Positions 1 to 10,786 of a stretch of DNA of 64,000 nucleotides are shown here, piece after piece (the stretch's first letter is position 1; the number at the start of each line of letters is the position of its first letter). The notes under the pieces are model-generated. The model ran no database searches. It saw only the letters and a program-made list of their open reading frames with translations, and was not told where the DNA came from. Made by a program: the position numbers and the translations under genes. Source of the DNA: Prasinococcaceae sp. CCMP 1430 (lineage: Eukaryota; Plantae; Prasinodermophyta); the NCBI GenBank assembly GCA_013416795.1, contig RQSC01000002.1:575801-639800 (forward strand). The letters are read 5' to 3'.

Positions 1-677
1 CGCGCGGCACGGCGGCGGCGGGCGGCGCGCCGCATCCGGACGAGGTGGCGCTTGCCCGCTCGCGACTGCGCACCTCAGGCCTCGACACAAGCTGCTACAT
101 CATGCCGCGTTGCTGGATGGTCGTGCCTGGCGCCGAGACCGAGGAGCTCGTCGATGTGCTGCCAACGAACCTGGTGCTCATGTCGAACGCGTGCGTCGTG
201 CTCGACGCTGGCTCACACACTGTGGTGTGGGTCGGAGCAAGCGTGTCTCCCGACGAGAACGCCGGGGTCATAGACAGGTGCAATGCCTTTGCCACAAAGC
301 TCGTCACGGGGAGGTTTCCGGCCCCGACATTGTTGACAGGTGCGATTCGCTGCGGGTATCACCCGAGGCTCCACGCGACCTATGAGCGTTCCCTTCCCTG
401 GCCTCGCGACTGACATCGATGACGGCGCCCCGCCCCATCCGCGCGCCCGCGCACCCGCGCGTCCGCAGTGCGCGAGCACAGCTCCGCGTCCAGACAGGTG
501 CTCGCGCGAGTGGCTCCTGCGCACCACGACCCTGCCCCAATGCAGGATAATGCCTGCGCGTACGTCCGCACGATGCTGCCCGGCCAGCGCGCCGAGCTCA
601 TGAGGAAGCTCGCCACGATTCCCACCGACGAGCTCGGCTTCTCAGATTGGCTGCAGGAGCTCATGGAGGAGGTCTGA
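1..677 (+). CDS. Sec23/Sec24 family protein, C-terminal gelsolin-like part (plant SEC23A-like); 5' end outside window; intron 340-468
   Basis: Reads ...VVLDAGSHTVVWVG...GRFPAPTLLT. A GT(340)..CAG(468) intron with ACTGAC at 409-414 joins it in frame to VREHSSASRQVLARVAPAHHD...PTDELGFSDW, resembling the plant SEC23 C-terminus (EGSSQARYFxSRLIPAHKD). Stop at 675-677. Confidence 0.8.
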
Positions 678-800
678 TCCGTGACGTGACCTGGGCTCAA
701 GCGAGCAGGCCGGCGGACAGGCCGGTGGGCAGACGGGCGAGCGCGCAGGCGCGGGGGGGTGACAGTAATACAAAGTCTTTCACCGTCGCTCACTACGCGC

Positions 801-2783
801 TCAGCGTGCGACGAGATATCGCTGCGGCCGGCGGGTGACCTCGCCGAAGGCGTCGAGCAGAGCGTCGCGCCGCGCAGGCGCGTCGCGCGGTGCGCGGAGC
901 GAGCGCGCGGCGCTGTCCAGCAACGCGGCGGCCGCCGCGGCGGCGCGCCTCCACGTTGCCGCAAACGCCTCGGGAGCCGCGCCGTCGCCGGCCATGCGCT
1001 CGCGCAGTGCGCGCAATTGCGCGGAAAGCCACACGCTCGCAGCGGCGGGTCGCGAGAGCTTGCCGTTCGCCACGCGAGCGAGCGCCGTGCCCACCTTGTC
1101 GGACGCGGCGGCGCTCAGCTCAGCGTACCGCCTCGACTCGCGCGCCAGTGCGAGCGCCAGCGCCTCCTGCGCGGCGGCATCTGGGTTGGCTCCTGGGTCT
1201 GCCTCCGCACTGTCGCACTCGAGGGCGAGCGAGTCGCCCGCCGCGCCTCCGTCCTCCTCCGACTCTCCAACGTCGACGTCCTCAGGCATCTCATCGTCGG
1301 CTGACAGCAGCGCGCTCTCGTCGACAGGCTCCAGCCCCAGGCTCGTTCCAAAGTCTTCAAGCACGCGATGCGCCAAGTACGCGTCCGCTGCGACGCCCCC
1401 CGCCGCCACGATGGTGGTCGTCGAAGTTAGCCCCATCGCCTCCTGCTCTTTGAGGCGCATGTCGAGCTCAAATAGGTGGCGCTTGGCGACAGCACGGACC
1501 GTGAGGCGGAGCGCGCGGAGACCTACTCGCGGCGGTGCGGCCTCGTAGTCGCACGCCAGACCCTCGAGCGCGCCCGCGAGCGCGTCCGGGCGGAGAGGCG
1601 CGTCACCAGACAGCAGCGCGCGCGCCTCGGCCGCGGCGAGCGCGCGCGCCCAGCGTGCACTGGCGAAGGGCGCACACGCGGCGCCCGGCCGCACGCCGAG
1701 TGCCCGCTCGAAGGCGAGCGCCGCGCGCAGCGTACCACGCAGTGCGTCATCGGAGGCAAGCGCAGCCTGCGACGACTTCATGCTAGCATTTCCCGCGAGG
1801 GCCTCCAGCGTGGGGAGCGTGTGCGCGCGAAGGTGGCTCGCGGTCGACGCGGCCACGCAAGCCTTCACGTGGGCGCGGAAGTGCAAGTGCGAGGGCTGCT
1901 GCTCTTGCTGCTGCTGCTCGGGGCCGGGCTGCGTCGGCAGCGATGAGACGCACAGCCCGGCAGCGTCCACGAGACCATCCGCGATCGCCGCGCCATGTGC
2001 ATCGTCGAAGCGCTGCGCGTACGCGTACATGAGCTCCGGCCGGCCGAGCGCGGCGGCCGCGCCTGCCCCGGCGAACACACGCTCGAGAGCGCTGCGCAGT
2101 GGGAGCGCGACGAGCGCGTCGAGGGCCCACAGTTGCTGCGGCTGGGGCTGTACTAGCGTTCGCTGCACTCGCGGAGGTGGCGGTTGCGCTCGAAGAGTTG
2201 CGCCCAGGGCGGCTTTGAGCGGGGCTTCGAGCGGGGAGCGGAAGAGCTTCGTGTAGAGCTGTTCTGAGCCCGCCGATGTCATCTCGTCGGCGGGCGGGGG
2301 CCAGCGGTCGCCGATCGCCGCCTCCACGGCCACGCGTAGCGACTCACGCGCGGCGCGCTCGCTGCGCAGTAGCTCGACGGTCGCGAGCTCGCTCGCCCTC
2401 GCCCACGCGCGCCCGTTCAGTGGCGCTGATGACGAGCGTAGGGCGCAAAGCGCATCGGCGAGCGCTCCAGCGGACAACGGATCCGCGGGCGCTGCGAGCG
2501 CGCTCGCCAGGCGCGCGCTCGCTTGGGCCGTCGCCGCGACGCAGCGCATGTACTCCTCTGCGGCGCATGCAACGAGCAGCCTGCTGGGCGTCGAGGATAC
2601 GGGCGCTTCGGGGTGCTCCGCCGCCCCTGGTGGCTTGCCGTCTGAGCCGCCTTCGCTGGCGGCCAGTCGCGCAAGCGCCCTCTCGCACCGCGCCGCGGCG
2701 CCGGTGCGCGCGGCATGTGCGAGCTCGGCGAAGGAGCGGACGGCAGCCGGCGATACGTCCATCCTGTTGGTGGCTGGGGCCAT
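801..2783 (-). CDS. RINT1/TIP20 (MAG2-like) Dsl1 tethering complex subunit
   Basis: Long helical ORF with WPP and LWALDALVALPL...RPELMYAYA, similar to the RINT1/MAG2 WAIxELVxP...KPEFxF motif. First ATG at 2783. Confidence 0.6.
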   Translation of the reverse strand: MAPATNRMDVSPAAVRSFAELAHAARTGAAARCERALARLAASEGGSDGKPPGAAEHPEAPVSSTPSRLLVACAAEEYMRCVAATAQASARLASALAAPADPLSAGALADALCALRSSSAPLNGRAWARASELATVELLRSERAARESLRVAVEAAIGDRWPPPADEMTSAGSEQLYTKLFRSPLEAPLKAALGATLRAQPPPPRVQRTLVQPQPQQLWALDALVALPLRSALERVFAGAGAAAALGRPELMYAYAQRFDDAHGAAIADGLVDAAGLCVSSLPTQPGPEQQQQEQQPSHLHFRAHVKACVAASTASHLRAHTLPTLEALAGNASMKSSQAALASDDALRGTLRAALAFERALGVRPGAACAPFASARWARALAAAEARALLSGDAPLRPDALAGALEGLACDYEAAPPRVGLRALRLTVRAVAKRHLFELDMRLKEQEAMGLTSTTTIVAAGGVAADAYLAHRVLEDFGTSLGLEPVDESALLSADDEMPEDVDVGESEEDGGAAGDSLALECDSAEADPGANPDAAAQEALALALARESRRYAELSAAASDKVGTALARVANGKLSRPAAASVWLSAQLRALRERMAGDGAAPEAFAATWRRAAAAAAALLDSAARSLRAPRDAPARRDALLDAFGEVTRRPQRYLVAR

Positions 2784-3234
2784 CGCTGCCGTCACGGGCC
2801 TGCCGTCGCAGCTGCCGTTGCGGCTGGCCGGCCAGCCCGCCAGGGCGGGCCGCGCACGGGCTCTGGCGCGCCCTCGAGCACAGAAAATTGGCCGGAGTAC
2901 TCTGCCATACAGCACGGTTGCGCCAGCCCACCAAGCCCCTCTCCCTCCCCCTCTCCCTGGACCCAAACACCACCCTAGCTAGCGCCACGTCGTGCCGTCA
3001 CGTGAGAGCCCTTGGGATCGGCGTCCGCCGCGCCGCCTGCGGGCTGCTGCGCGGCGGCGGGCAGCGCGTCCGCCAGCACTCCGCGCTGCAGCGCCGCCGG
3101 CGGTGCAGGCGCACGCGCACGCGTGCGAGTGAGCATAGACGGCCAAGCTGGCGTCACTGCCGCCGACGTGGGCGCAGCGAGCGGCTTTGGTTGAGCTCGA
3201 TCGCGCGCTCAAGCTCTGACTTCACGGCCAGGCA

Positions 3235-5433
3235 ATGTGGCTGAGGTGGAGGGGCGTGGCCATAGCTGCGAGGACGGCAGCAGCGGCGGCGGCGGCAGCG
3301 GCAGGCAGGCCATGCGCTGCGCGCGCTGGCGAGGCGCGCGTTATCTCTATGCCCCGAGGAACGCGTGCACTGCACGTCTCCGGTGCGGCTGCGGGACTTT
3401 ACGGCGTACCTGAGCTCTCATCGCCCGATGGCTTCGATGCGCTCGCGGAGCGTGCTGAGGCGCTTGCCCGCGATGTGCTCTCGCACGCCATGCTGCCGAG
3501 CGCCGCCGAGGGCGACAGCGCGTGCCCGCTCGCGCCCCTCGACGCGCTCAGTGACGCCGTTTGTCAAGTCGCCGACGCTGCCGAGCTGTGCCGCAACACG
3601 CACGCCGACGCCGAGTGGAGGCAAGCCGCTGACGGCGCCTGGCGGCGGCTCGGGGCACTCATCTATGCTGTGAACAGCGACCAGGCGCTGTATGCGTCGA
3701 TCAAGCGCGCCGAACGGCGGCACGAAGCGCTCGAGCGCGAGCGGGCGCTCGGCCTCGCTGAGGCGAACGCTCTAGCGGCTGATGTGGATGGCTGGCGAGC
3801 CTCCGAACCGCTCGTGGTGCTGCGTGGGTATCTGCACGAAATGGAGAGCGGCGGCGTGCACCTGAGCGGAACGCCCGCCGGCACCCGCCACGCGGTCGCC
3901 TGCCGTGACGCTGACCGCCTCGCGCACGCGTTTGCAGCGGCGGCAGGAGGTGGTGGGGGTGGCGGCGCGGCGGCCGCCACAGCGGCACTGCAGAGGCTCC
4001 CGGACGCAGCCGCGCGCAAGCAGGTGTACCTCGCGGGGGCGCGGGCGGGCCGCGAAAATCTCGACGTGCTCGTCGACCTGCTGCAGGCGCGCCACGCGAT
4101 GGCCGCGGAGCTCGGCTACGCATCTTTCGCGCACGCAACCGCCGCGCCACTCATGGCGCGCTCGCCAGAGACCATCGCTGAGCTGCTCGTGGAGTTCGAG
4201 ACGGCGATCGCACCGTGGGCGGAGGAAGAGGACGAACTGTTGCGGCAGTCGGCGAGGCTGCCAGCGGGTGCGCGCGTGGCCCCATGGGATAGGCCCTTCT
4301 TTGAGGCGCGGCGCTCCGAGGCGGCCTACACCTCCGCGCAGCAGCGCCGCAGGCACACCAACGTGGCGGTGGACGTGTCCGAGTACATGCGCCTACCGAG
4401 CGTGCTGCAGGGGCTCAGCGAGCTGCTCACGAGGCTCTTCGGCATCACGCTGCAGAGGGTTGGAATGGGCGAGTGCGAGGCGTGGGCCAAGGGCGTGAGC
4501 AAACACGCGCTCGTGTGCCCAGAGGAGGGTGTGCTCGGCTATGTCTACCTTGACCTGCTCGCGCGCGCGCACAAGCGTGCTGTGACTGCAACCCACGTTG
4601 TGCGTGCGGGGCGAGAGGATCCCTCGATGCCTGGTGGCTACCGCGTCGCAACCGTTGCGCTCGTCATGAACGTGGGCGGTGTGTACGCGCACGAAGAGGC
4701 CGACCCACTGCTTTCGTCCGCTGGCGTGTCGCTCTCGCACGGGCAGCTCACCACGCTGCTGCACGAATTCGGCCATGTGCTTCACGCGCTGCTCTCGAGG
4801 ACGCGATACCAGAGCGTGAGCGGGATCCGTTGCGCCCACGACTACGTTGAGCTTCCATCGACGGTTTTCGAACACCTTGCGAGCGATCGCGAGGCGCTCA
4901 AGCTGCTCGCGCGACACTCAACGACGCGCGAGCCACTGCCAGACGAGGCCATCGACGGCCTGCTCGCGGCGAGCGACGTCGCGCCCGCCAGCGCACTCGC
5001 ACAGAAACGCGCATTTGCGGCGTTCGATCAGAGGCTGCACAGCTGCTCGCCGCCACCGACCAGTGCACAGGACACCATCGACGCGCATGCCGGTGTGTAC
5101 ACCGCGACAACACCTGGCGTCGGCGAGCATGTGGAGGGGACGTGGCCGCACGCGCAGTTTCACCACCTAGCAATGGATGGATACGCTGCTGCATACTACT
5201 CTTACCTCTACTCTCACGCATTTGCTTCGCAGGTGTGGGATGATGTCCTGGGGGGGGGCGCGGGAGTCAACCGCACGGGTGGCGATGCCCTGCGTTTTGG
5301 CTTGCTAGCGGCAGGCGGTGGCGCCGACCCCGGTGCGCTGCTATCGCGCCTGCTAGGCAAAGGAGCCGTACGGGCGGGCGCCGACGGTGGGGTCTTGCCG
5401 GACGTGCAGCGATGCGTGCGCGCAATGCGCTAG
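3235..5433 (+). CDS. MIPEP: Mitochondrial intermediate peptidase (M3A metallopeptidase)
   Basis: Arg/Ala-rich presequence; LDALSDAVCQVADAAELCRNTH; zinc motif HEFGH; DYVELPS; YAAAYYSYLY. Confidence 0.9.
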   Translation: MWLRWRGVAIAARTAAAAAAAAAGRPCAARAGEARVISMPRGTRALHVSGAAAGLYGVPELSSPDGFDALAERAEALARDVLSHAMLPSAAEGDSACPLAPLDALSDAVCQVADAAELCRNTHADAEWRQAADGAWRRLGALIYAVNSDQALYASIKRAERRHEALERERALGLAEANALAADVDGWRASEPLVVLRGYLHEMESGGVHLSGTPAGTRHAVACRDADRLAHAFAAAAGGGGGGGAAAATAALQRLPDAAARKQVYLAGARAGRENLDVLVDLLQARHAMAAELGYASFAHATAAPLMARSPETIAELLVEFETAIAPWAEEEDELLRQSARLPAGARVAPWDRPFFEARRSEAAYTSAQQRRRHTNVAVDVSEYMRLPSVLQGLSELLTRLFGITLQRVGMGECEAWAKGVSKHALVCPEEGVLGYVYLDLLARAHKRAVTATHVVRAGREDPSMPGGYRVATVALVMNVGGVYAHEEADPLLSSAGVSLSHGQLTTLLHEFGHVLHALLSRTRYQSVSGIRCAHDYVELPSTVFEHLASDREALKLLARHSTTREPLPDEAIDGLLAASDVAPASALAQKRAFAAFDQRLHSCSPPPTSAQDTIDAHAGVYTATTPGVGEHVEGTWPHAQFHHLAMDGYAAAYYSYLYSHAFASQVWDDVLGGGAGVNRTGGDALRFGLLAAGGGADPGALLSRLLGKGAVRAGADGGVLPDVQRCVRAMR

Positions 5434-5677
5434 TGGAAGCGAAACCAAGTATGTGATAATGTACCAGTACTGTACTCATGCTCCGCGAGAGAGGACGTGC
5501 GCGTGCCCCAATCGCCGATGTCCAGAATGCGTGTTGGTGGCACATTGGCGGGTGGTGAAGGTCCCCCCACCCAGCTGACATGACCAATCGGATCAAAAGA
5601 TTTTATAGATCATCGCAGTTGACAAAAAAAGGGAGGTGTGTGGGGGGGGAGGGGATGACACCGCAGCTCGCTGGCGA

Positions 5678-7655
5678 CTACGCGTCCACCGAGATGTTTA
5701 TGGGCAGGATGCGCAGCCTGCCCCCGCGCACCTCGGTCTCGAGGGCGTACTCCTCGGCAATCATGGTCGCCTGGGCCTCGATGAGGTACGCCTCGCGGGG
5801 CGCGAGGTCGACTGACTCGCCCAGCGGCTGCACGATGCGCTCAACCATGTAGCGCGCTTCCTCCAGCGCTTCGTCCTCCATCTGTTTGGCCTCAAAGACG
5901 GCGGCGGCCTTGCGCTCGGCTCTCGTGCGCGGCTTGGTCGCCTTACCCTTTGCCACGCCGTCAACAGCCGCTGCCGTCTCCACGGCGCCACGGTCGCCGT
6001 CGTCCCCTGGCAGACCGAGCACGGCGCGTAGCGTGCGCGTCATGGCGGGCACAGTGTCTTGCTTAATGGCGAAGACGGGGATGCCCATGCGCTGGCCGGC
6101 GGCCTTGAGCACCTCTCCCTTGGATCCCTTGATGGCCGAGCGCAGCGCGAGCACACAGTCCGCCTGATGCAAATCGTCTACGACCATCGCCTCTTGCGAG
6201 AGCTCGAGGAAGGTGATCACGTCGCTGAAGCGGCTGGCGTCCAGCGCGTACAGGTATATGCGGATGCCAGCGAATGGGGCATCGGCGTACGAATCTGAGC
6301 CGTAGTTCGCGCCGCTGCCGTACCCGCCGTTTGGGCCGGCGCCGTTGCCACCGTTCTGGTACCCGTAAGCCTCGTTGCCTGCCTGCAGCGGCAAGGACAT
6401 CCTGTCCGGATTGCCGAGCTCGGCGCCCGTCGGCGCGTCGAAGGTGCGCACGGTGATGCACTCGTCGCCCACCATCTCGCGGACCTCGATGGGAGGGTTG
6501 CGACCGAGCAGCACGGAGTCGACAGCCTCGCCCACCGAGCGGTGCACCCTCCAGCGGCGCGCAGCCTCCATCTCGACGGCGCACTCGAACGTCGGCGGGC
6601 CCTGGCGCTCCAGAATGGTCTTCTGCACGCCCCTGCGCTTAGCCTCGTCGTCGCTGAGCGTCACCGCGCCTATCCCGCCGACGAGGTCCGACAGCGCCGG
6701 GTTCTTCAGGATGTTGTCCAGCACATTCCCGTGCGCCGTCGCCACGAGCTGCACGCCGCGCTGCGCGATCGTGCGCGCAGCCAGTGCCTCCGCCTCGGTG
6801 CCGATCTCGTCGATGACAATGACCTGTGGCATGTGATTTTGGACTGCCTCTATCATCACCTCGTGCTGCAGCTCGGGCCGCGGCACCTGCAGCCGCCTCG
6901 CCCGTCCGACGCCCGGGTGCGGCACGTCACCGTCGCCGCCGATCTCGTTGCTCGTGTCCACGATCACAACTCGCTTGAGGCACTCGTCGGCGAGGAAGCG
7001 CGCGATCTCGCGCACGGCCGTCGTCTTGCCCACGCCAGGCCTGCCCATCAGCAGCAGGCTACCGCCTCCCTCTACGAGGTCCTTCGCCAGGGCCCTGCAT
7101 CCGTTGATCGCCCGCCCCACGCGGCACGTCAGTCCGACCACCTTCCCGCTCCGCGACCTTATGCACGAGATGCGGTGCAGCGTGCGGTCGAGCCCCGCGC
7201 GGTTGTCGCTGCCGAATTCGCCTGCCGCATCCACAGCGTACTCGAGGTCCCTCTCGCTCACGGGCTCGTCGCCACATTCGAGCTCGCTCGTCGGAAACCG
7301 CGCGAGCGCGGGCCTGCCGAGGTCGAGCACAACCTCCACGAGCTCATCCAGCTCGGGGGAGGCGAGCAGCACCTCGCGCACGGCCGGCGGCAATATCTGC
7401 ACGAGGTCGAGCAGCTCGGCGGCTGCGGCGGCCTCAGAAGCCGCTTCATCGCCCGCTGCACTCGCCGCGCTCGCCGCTAGCTCCCTGGCCGCCTGTTCGT
7501 CGCGCCTGCGCTGCTCCTCAGCATCCACGCGAACGGCCGAGCCGATCGCCGCCTCGGCGTCGCTCACGGGCTCGTCGCCACATTCGAGCTCGCTCGTCGG
7601 AAACCGCGCGAGCGCGGGCCTGCCGAGGTCGAGCACAACCTCCACGAGCTCATCC
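5678..7655 (-). CDS. ycf45: Ycf45-like SpoIIIAA/AAA ATPase with C-terminal R3H-like region (paralogue 1); 5' end unresolved at N7656
   Basis: EVVLDLGR, TLHRISCIR, GLTCRVGRA, Walker A GRPGVGKT, VDTSNEIGGDGD, EAVQNHMP, Walker B IVIDE; C-terminal VDLAPR...RLRILP. Confidence 0.9.
7254..7655. repeat. 96-bp direct duplication (7254-7349 = 7560-7655) inside ycf45-1
   Basis: Identical sequence at offset 306; the second copy ends exactly at N7656. Confidence 0.9.
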
Positions 7656-8428
7656 NCCCACCCCACCCCACCCCACCCCTGCGCGCCTCCCGATCCGGCG
7701 CGCGCGCGCGCGCGATCGAACCGCGGGACGGATTAATCCCCGGCGCACGCTCGGATGTATCCGCCGCATAAAACCCGCGCGCCCCGCGCACGCCCACCGC
7801 CCACCGCCGAATTCTCCTGCGCGCGCGGATAAAAACTACACAGTAACCCTGAAAGAAATTAAGAACCCTAAAACACATTCGTGGATCATTTCAAGGGTCT
7901 GTCGGACGGAGATCCACCCAATTCGCACACCCCCGGGACGCCCCCGTGGGTCAGTTCCGGCATACGCGGGGGGGGGGGCCGCCAGCCAGTTTTTCGCCGC
8001 GCATCCGCTCGCGTCGACGGCAGACGCAGGCGGGAGGCGCGCGAGTGCGACGACGCGTGCGTTTTCATGACGCATGAGAGGCAACCGAAACTTCGATTTT
8101 TGGGGTGACTCGCGCGGCCGCGCGCGCGCGGCGTCGAGCCGCGGCGTCCGGGGAGAGGTTCGAAAGCGTTTCATTCCGGCGTCAAAAATGCGGAAGTTTA
8201 ACTCGAATAATTGCAATTCCGCAGATTTGAAGTGGCAGGGCTCCCCCCGGGCGCGGCGCGAAGTGGCGCGCGGCGGGCACACGCCGCAGCGGGGGAGGGG
8301 GAACGCACACCGCCGCCTGCCCGGGGGGGTCCGGCGCCTCGTGCGGCCCACGCGCGAACCCGCCGCCCGCCGTGCCGCCGGCGAACCGACCGCTGCGCAG
8401 CAGGGGACGACCGAGCGGCGAGTGCCCT

Positions 8429-10720
8429 ATGTGCGTCGCGCCCGCTGCGGTGCCGCGCGATGGGAAATGCGTGGAGACTTCGCCCCTGCTGGAGGAACAG
8501 CCACGCTCGCGCGAGGCGCCGCAGAGGCGAGACCCGCCGGCATGCACAACGGGCGAGCGCCGCGTGTGCGCGTGCCGACGCTGGGTGGCGCGCTGGGCGC
8601 TGCGCATGCTGGGTGCTTCTGCAGCTGCGTGCACGCCGCTCGCGCTGCCGCTCGCGCTCGCATCGACGCAGTGGGACCCAAGCATGATGTGGTTGGCGGT
8701 CTTCCCTGACAAGGTGCTCTGGGTGTCGGGATACACGCTGCACAACTTCCTCTACTGGGTGATGCCTACGGCACTGGCCGCGCTGGGGGCAGCCGCGGCG
8801 CTGCGCGCGCAAGGCGACGTTGCCGTCGCCTTCCGCAATCGCCAGAAGCCCCCGCGGCGTCTGCTGCGGCTGTTTGCGGCGCTGTGGGTGCTTGCAACGA
8901 GTGCAGCGTACGTGTGCAACGCTGCGCGAGCCCGCATCGAGAAGGAGGAGGCCGGCATGGGATGGTCAGACACGCGCGCGGCGTCCGAGTCGCTCTCGTA
9001 CGCCTTCGGGCCGGCCGGGCTCTTTCTCACGTTGGCGGCGCTCATGCCGGTGTCACGCGGCGCGGAGCTGCTCGCGGGGGCGGGCGTGTCTGTCGAGGGC
9101 GCGCTGCGGGTGCACGCGCTCGCGGGGCGCATCTGCCTCGCCGCGCTCTTGGCGCACGGCGCTGGCTACGCCTTTACGTGGGCGCGCTACGACGGCGTGG
9201 CCGTGGCGGCAGCACGCCTCGCGGCGTGGCCCAGCAACGCGTACGGTGTGGTCAATCTGGCTGGCGGCCTCTCCCTCGTAGGGGGCGCGCTCGCGGCCAT
9301 CGCTGCGCTGCCCGCGGTGCGGCGCGGCTGCTACGAGGCCTTCTTGTGGGGCCACCTGCTCGGAGCGGCGGTGTTCTACCTGATGGCCTGCGCGCATGCG
9401 TCATGGATCTGTTGGTGCCTGGCGCCCGCCACGCTCATCTGGGCCATCGAGCGCGCCCACAGGGCGCACAGCCGCAGCACGCTGCAGCGCGCGCGCATCT
9501 CCATGCCCGCGCGGAGCCTACTCCGCGTGCACCTTCCGGACGTTCCGCTCACGTCCGGCCACGCCATTGCGTGGCTGACGGTGCCGCAGTTGGGAGGTTC
9601 GCTGGGCGCGCAAACGCACCCATTCAGCTTTCTGCCCGCGGCGGGTGGAGGGTGCGTGGCCTTCGTACGTGTCGTGGCAGCCGCGGCCGGCGATGCCAGC
9701 GGCAGCTGGACACAGCATCTCGCCTCGCTCGCGCCCAAGGACGGCTCCAATGCCGTGGCCGCCGAGGTCGCCGTGCGCGTCGACGGACCGCACGTGAGCG
9801 AGCACCAGCAGCTGCCGCCGGATGGGGAGATGGCCCTAGTTGGTGGAGGTGCGGGCGTTATGCCGCTGCTGGCGCTGCTCAATGGGCGGTGCCTTGCTCG
9901 ACGCGCGAGCGCCAGGGGAGCGCCGGGTGGCTATGTCGCGCTGCCAGGAGACAGCCAACCCCTGAACGCGCACACTCGCGTGTGTCTCGTCACGCGCGAG
10001 GCGGACGATTGCGTGATGCTTGAGGTCCTCGCACCCGAGACGATCCGTGAGCTGCATGGTGGCGGCGTCGGCGTGAGCGTGAGCCTCACCCGCGGCGGCG
10101 GCGATGCCGACCTGGAAGCATCGCCGAGCGCCGCGGCTGTCGCAGCAGTGGCGGCGGCGCTCAGCCTCACGCCGCTGCCGGCGATGGCGGTCAGCGCCGA
10201 TGGGCATAGCGTCGGTGGGGATGACGGCGTGGGCGCTTGCTGGCATGGCGAGCTGGCGGTCCTCCTCACCACCGTCGGCATGCTCGTGGGCACAGTGCTC
10301 GCCGAGGGCGCCACCAATGGCTTCGGCGGTGACGGGCCAATTTTTGCCGTTTTTGGCGATGGCTGGGCCAAGGGCATGCTCCTTGGAGTTTTGCTCAATG
10401 CCGGCGCATTTGCTGGCGCGTGGAGTTATGTTTGGGCGCTGCGCATGATGCGGCGGCGGCGAGCAACAGCGCCTGCAGATGTCGAGGCGCCCAGCGATCT
10501 GGTCCCGCACTCAAGTTGGCAGGGCGAGAAACTCTCTGCCATGAGCGCCGCCGCTGCGGTGCGCGTGAGTGCCGGCCGGCCAGACGTGGGCGCCTTCGTC
10601 GCCGGCTCAACGGCTGCGGTCGTGTCAGGCTCGCCCGGCTTCGTCGCGATGGCACTGGAGGGCGCCGCCTCCAGCGGCGTGCCCGCGTCGGCAGCGTCGC
10701 TGGACATGGCCGCAATTTAA
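8429..10720 (+). CDS. Ferric-chelate reductase / ferric reduction oxidase (FRO/NOX superfamily)
   Basis: Multiple TM helices; paired heme His (HALAGR...AH, GHLL...CAH); FAD motif HPFS; VDGP; NADPH motif LVGGGAGVMP; extra C-terminal TM as in plant FROs. Confidence 0.85.
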   Translation: MCVAPAAVPRDGKCVETSPLLEEQPRSREAPQRRDPPACTTGERRVCACRRWVARWALRMLGASAAACTPLALPLALASTQWDPSMMWLAVFPDKVLWVSGYTLHNFLYWVMPTALAALGAAAALRAQGDVAVAFRNRQKPPRRLLRLFAALWVLATSAAYVCNAARARIEKEEAGMGWSDTRAASESLSYAFGPAGLFLTLAALMPVSRGAELLAGAGVSVEGALRVHALAGRICLAALLAHGAGYAFTWARYDGVAVAAARLAAWPSNAYGVVNLAGGLSLVGGALAAIAALPAVRRGCYEAFLWGHLLGAAVFYLMACAHASWICWCLAPATLIWAIERAHRAHSRSTLQRARISMPARSLLRVHLPDVPLTSGHAIAWLTVPQLGGSLGAQTHPFSFLPAAGGGCVAFVRVVAAAAGDASGSWTQHLASLAPKDGSNAVAAEVAVRVDGPHVSEHQQLPPDGEMALVGGGAGVMPLLALLNGRCLARRASARGAPGGYVALPGDSQPLNAHTRVCLVTREADDCVMLEVLAPETIRELHGGGVGVSVSLTRGGGDADLEASPSAAAVAAVAAALSLTPLPAMAVSADGHSVGGDDGVGACWHGELAVLLTTVGMLVGTVLAEGATNGFGGDGPIFAVFGDGWAKGMLLGVLLNAGAFAGAWSYVWALRMMRRRRATAPADVEAPSDLVPHSSWQGEKLSAMSAAAAVRVSAGRPDVGAFVAGSTAAVVSGSPGFVAMALEGAASSGVPASAASLDMAAI

Positions 10721-10786
10721 TATATTGAGACCCTTTTTAGTTCACACCCTAACTGCACCGTACCCCATATCGCACGCCGGCACCGC

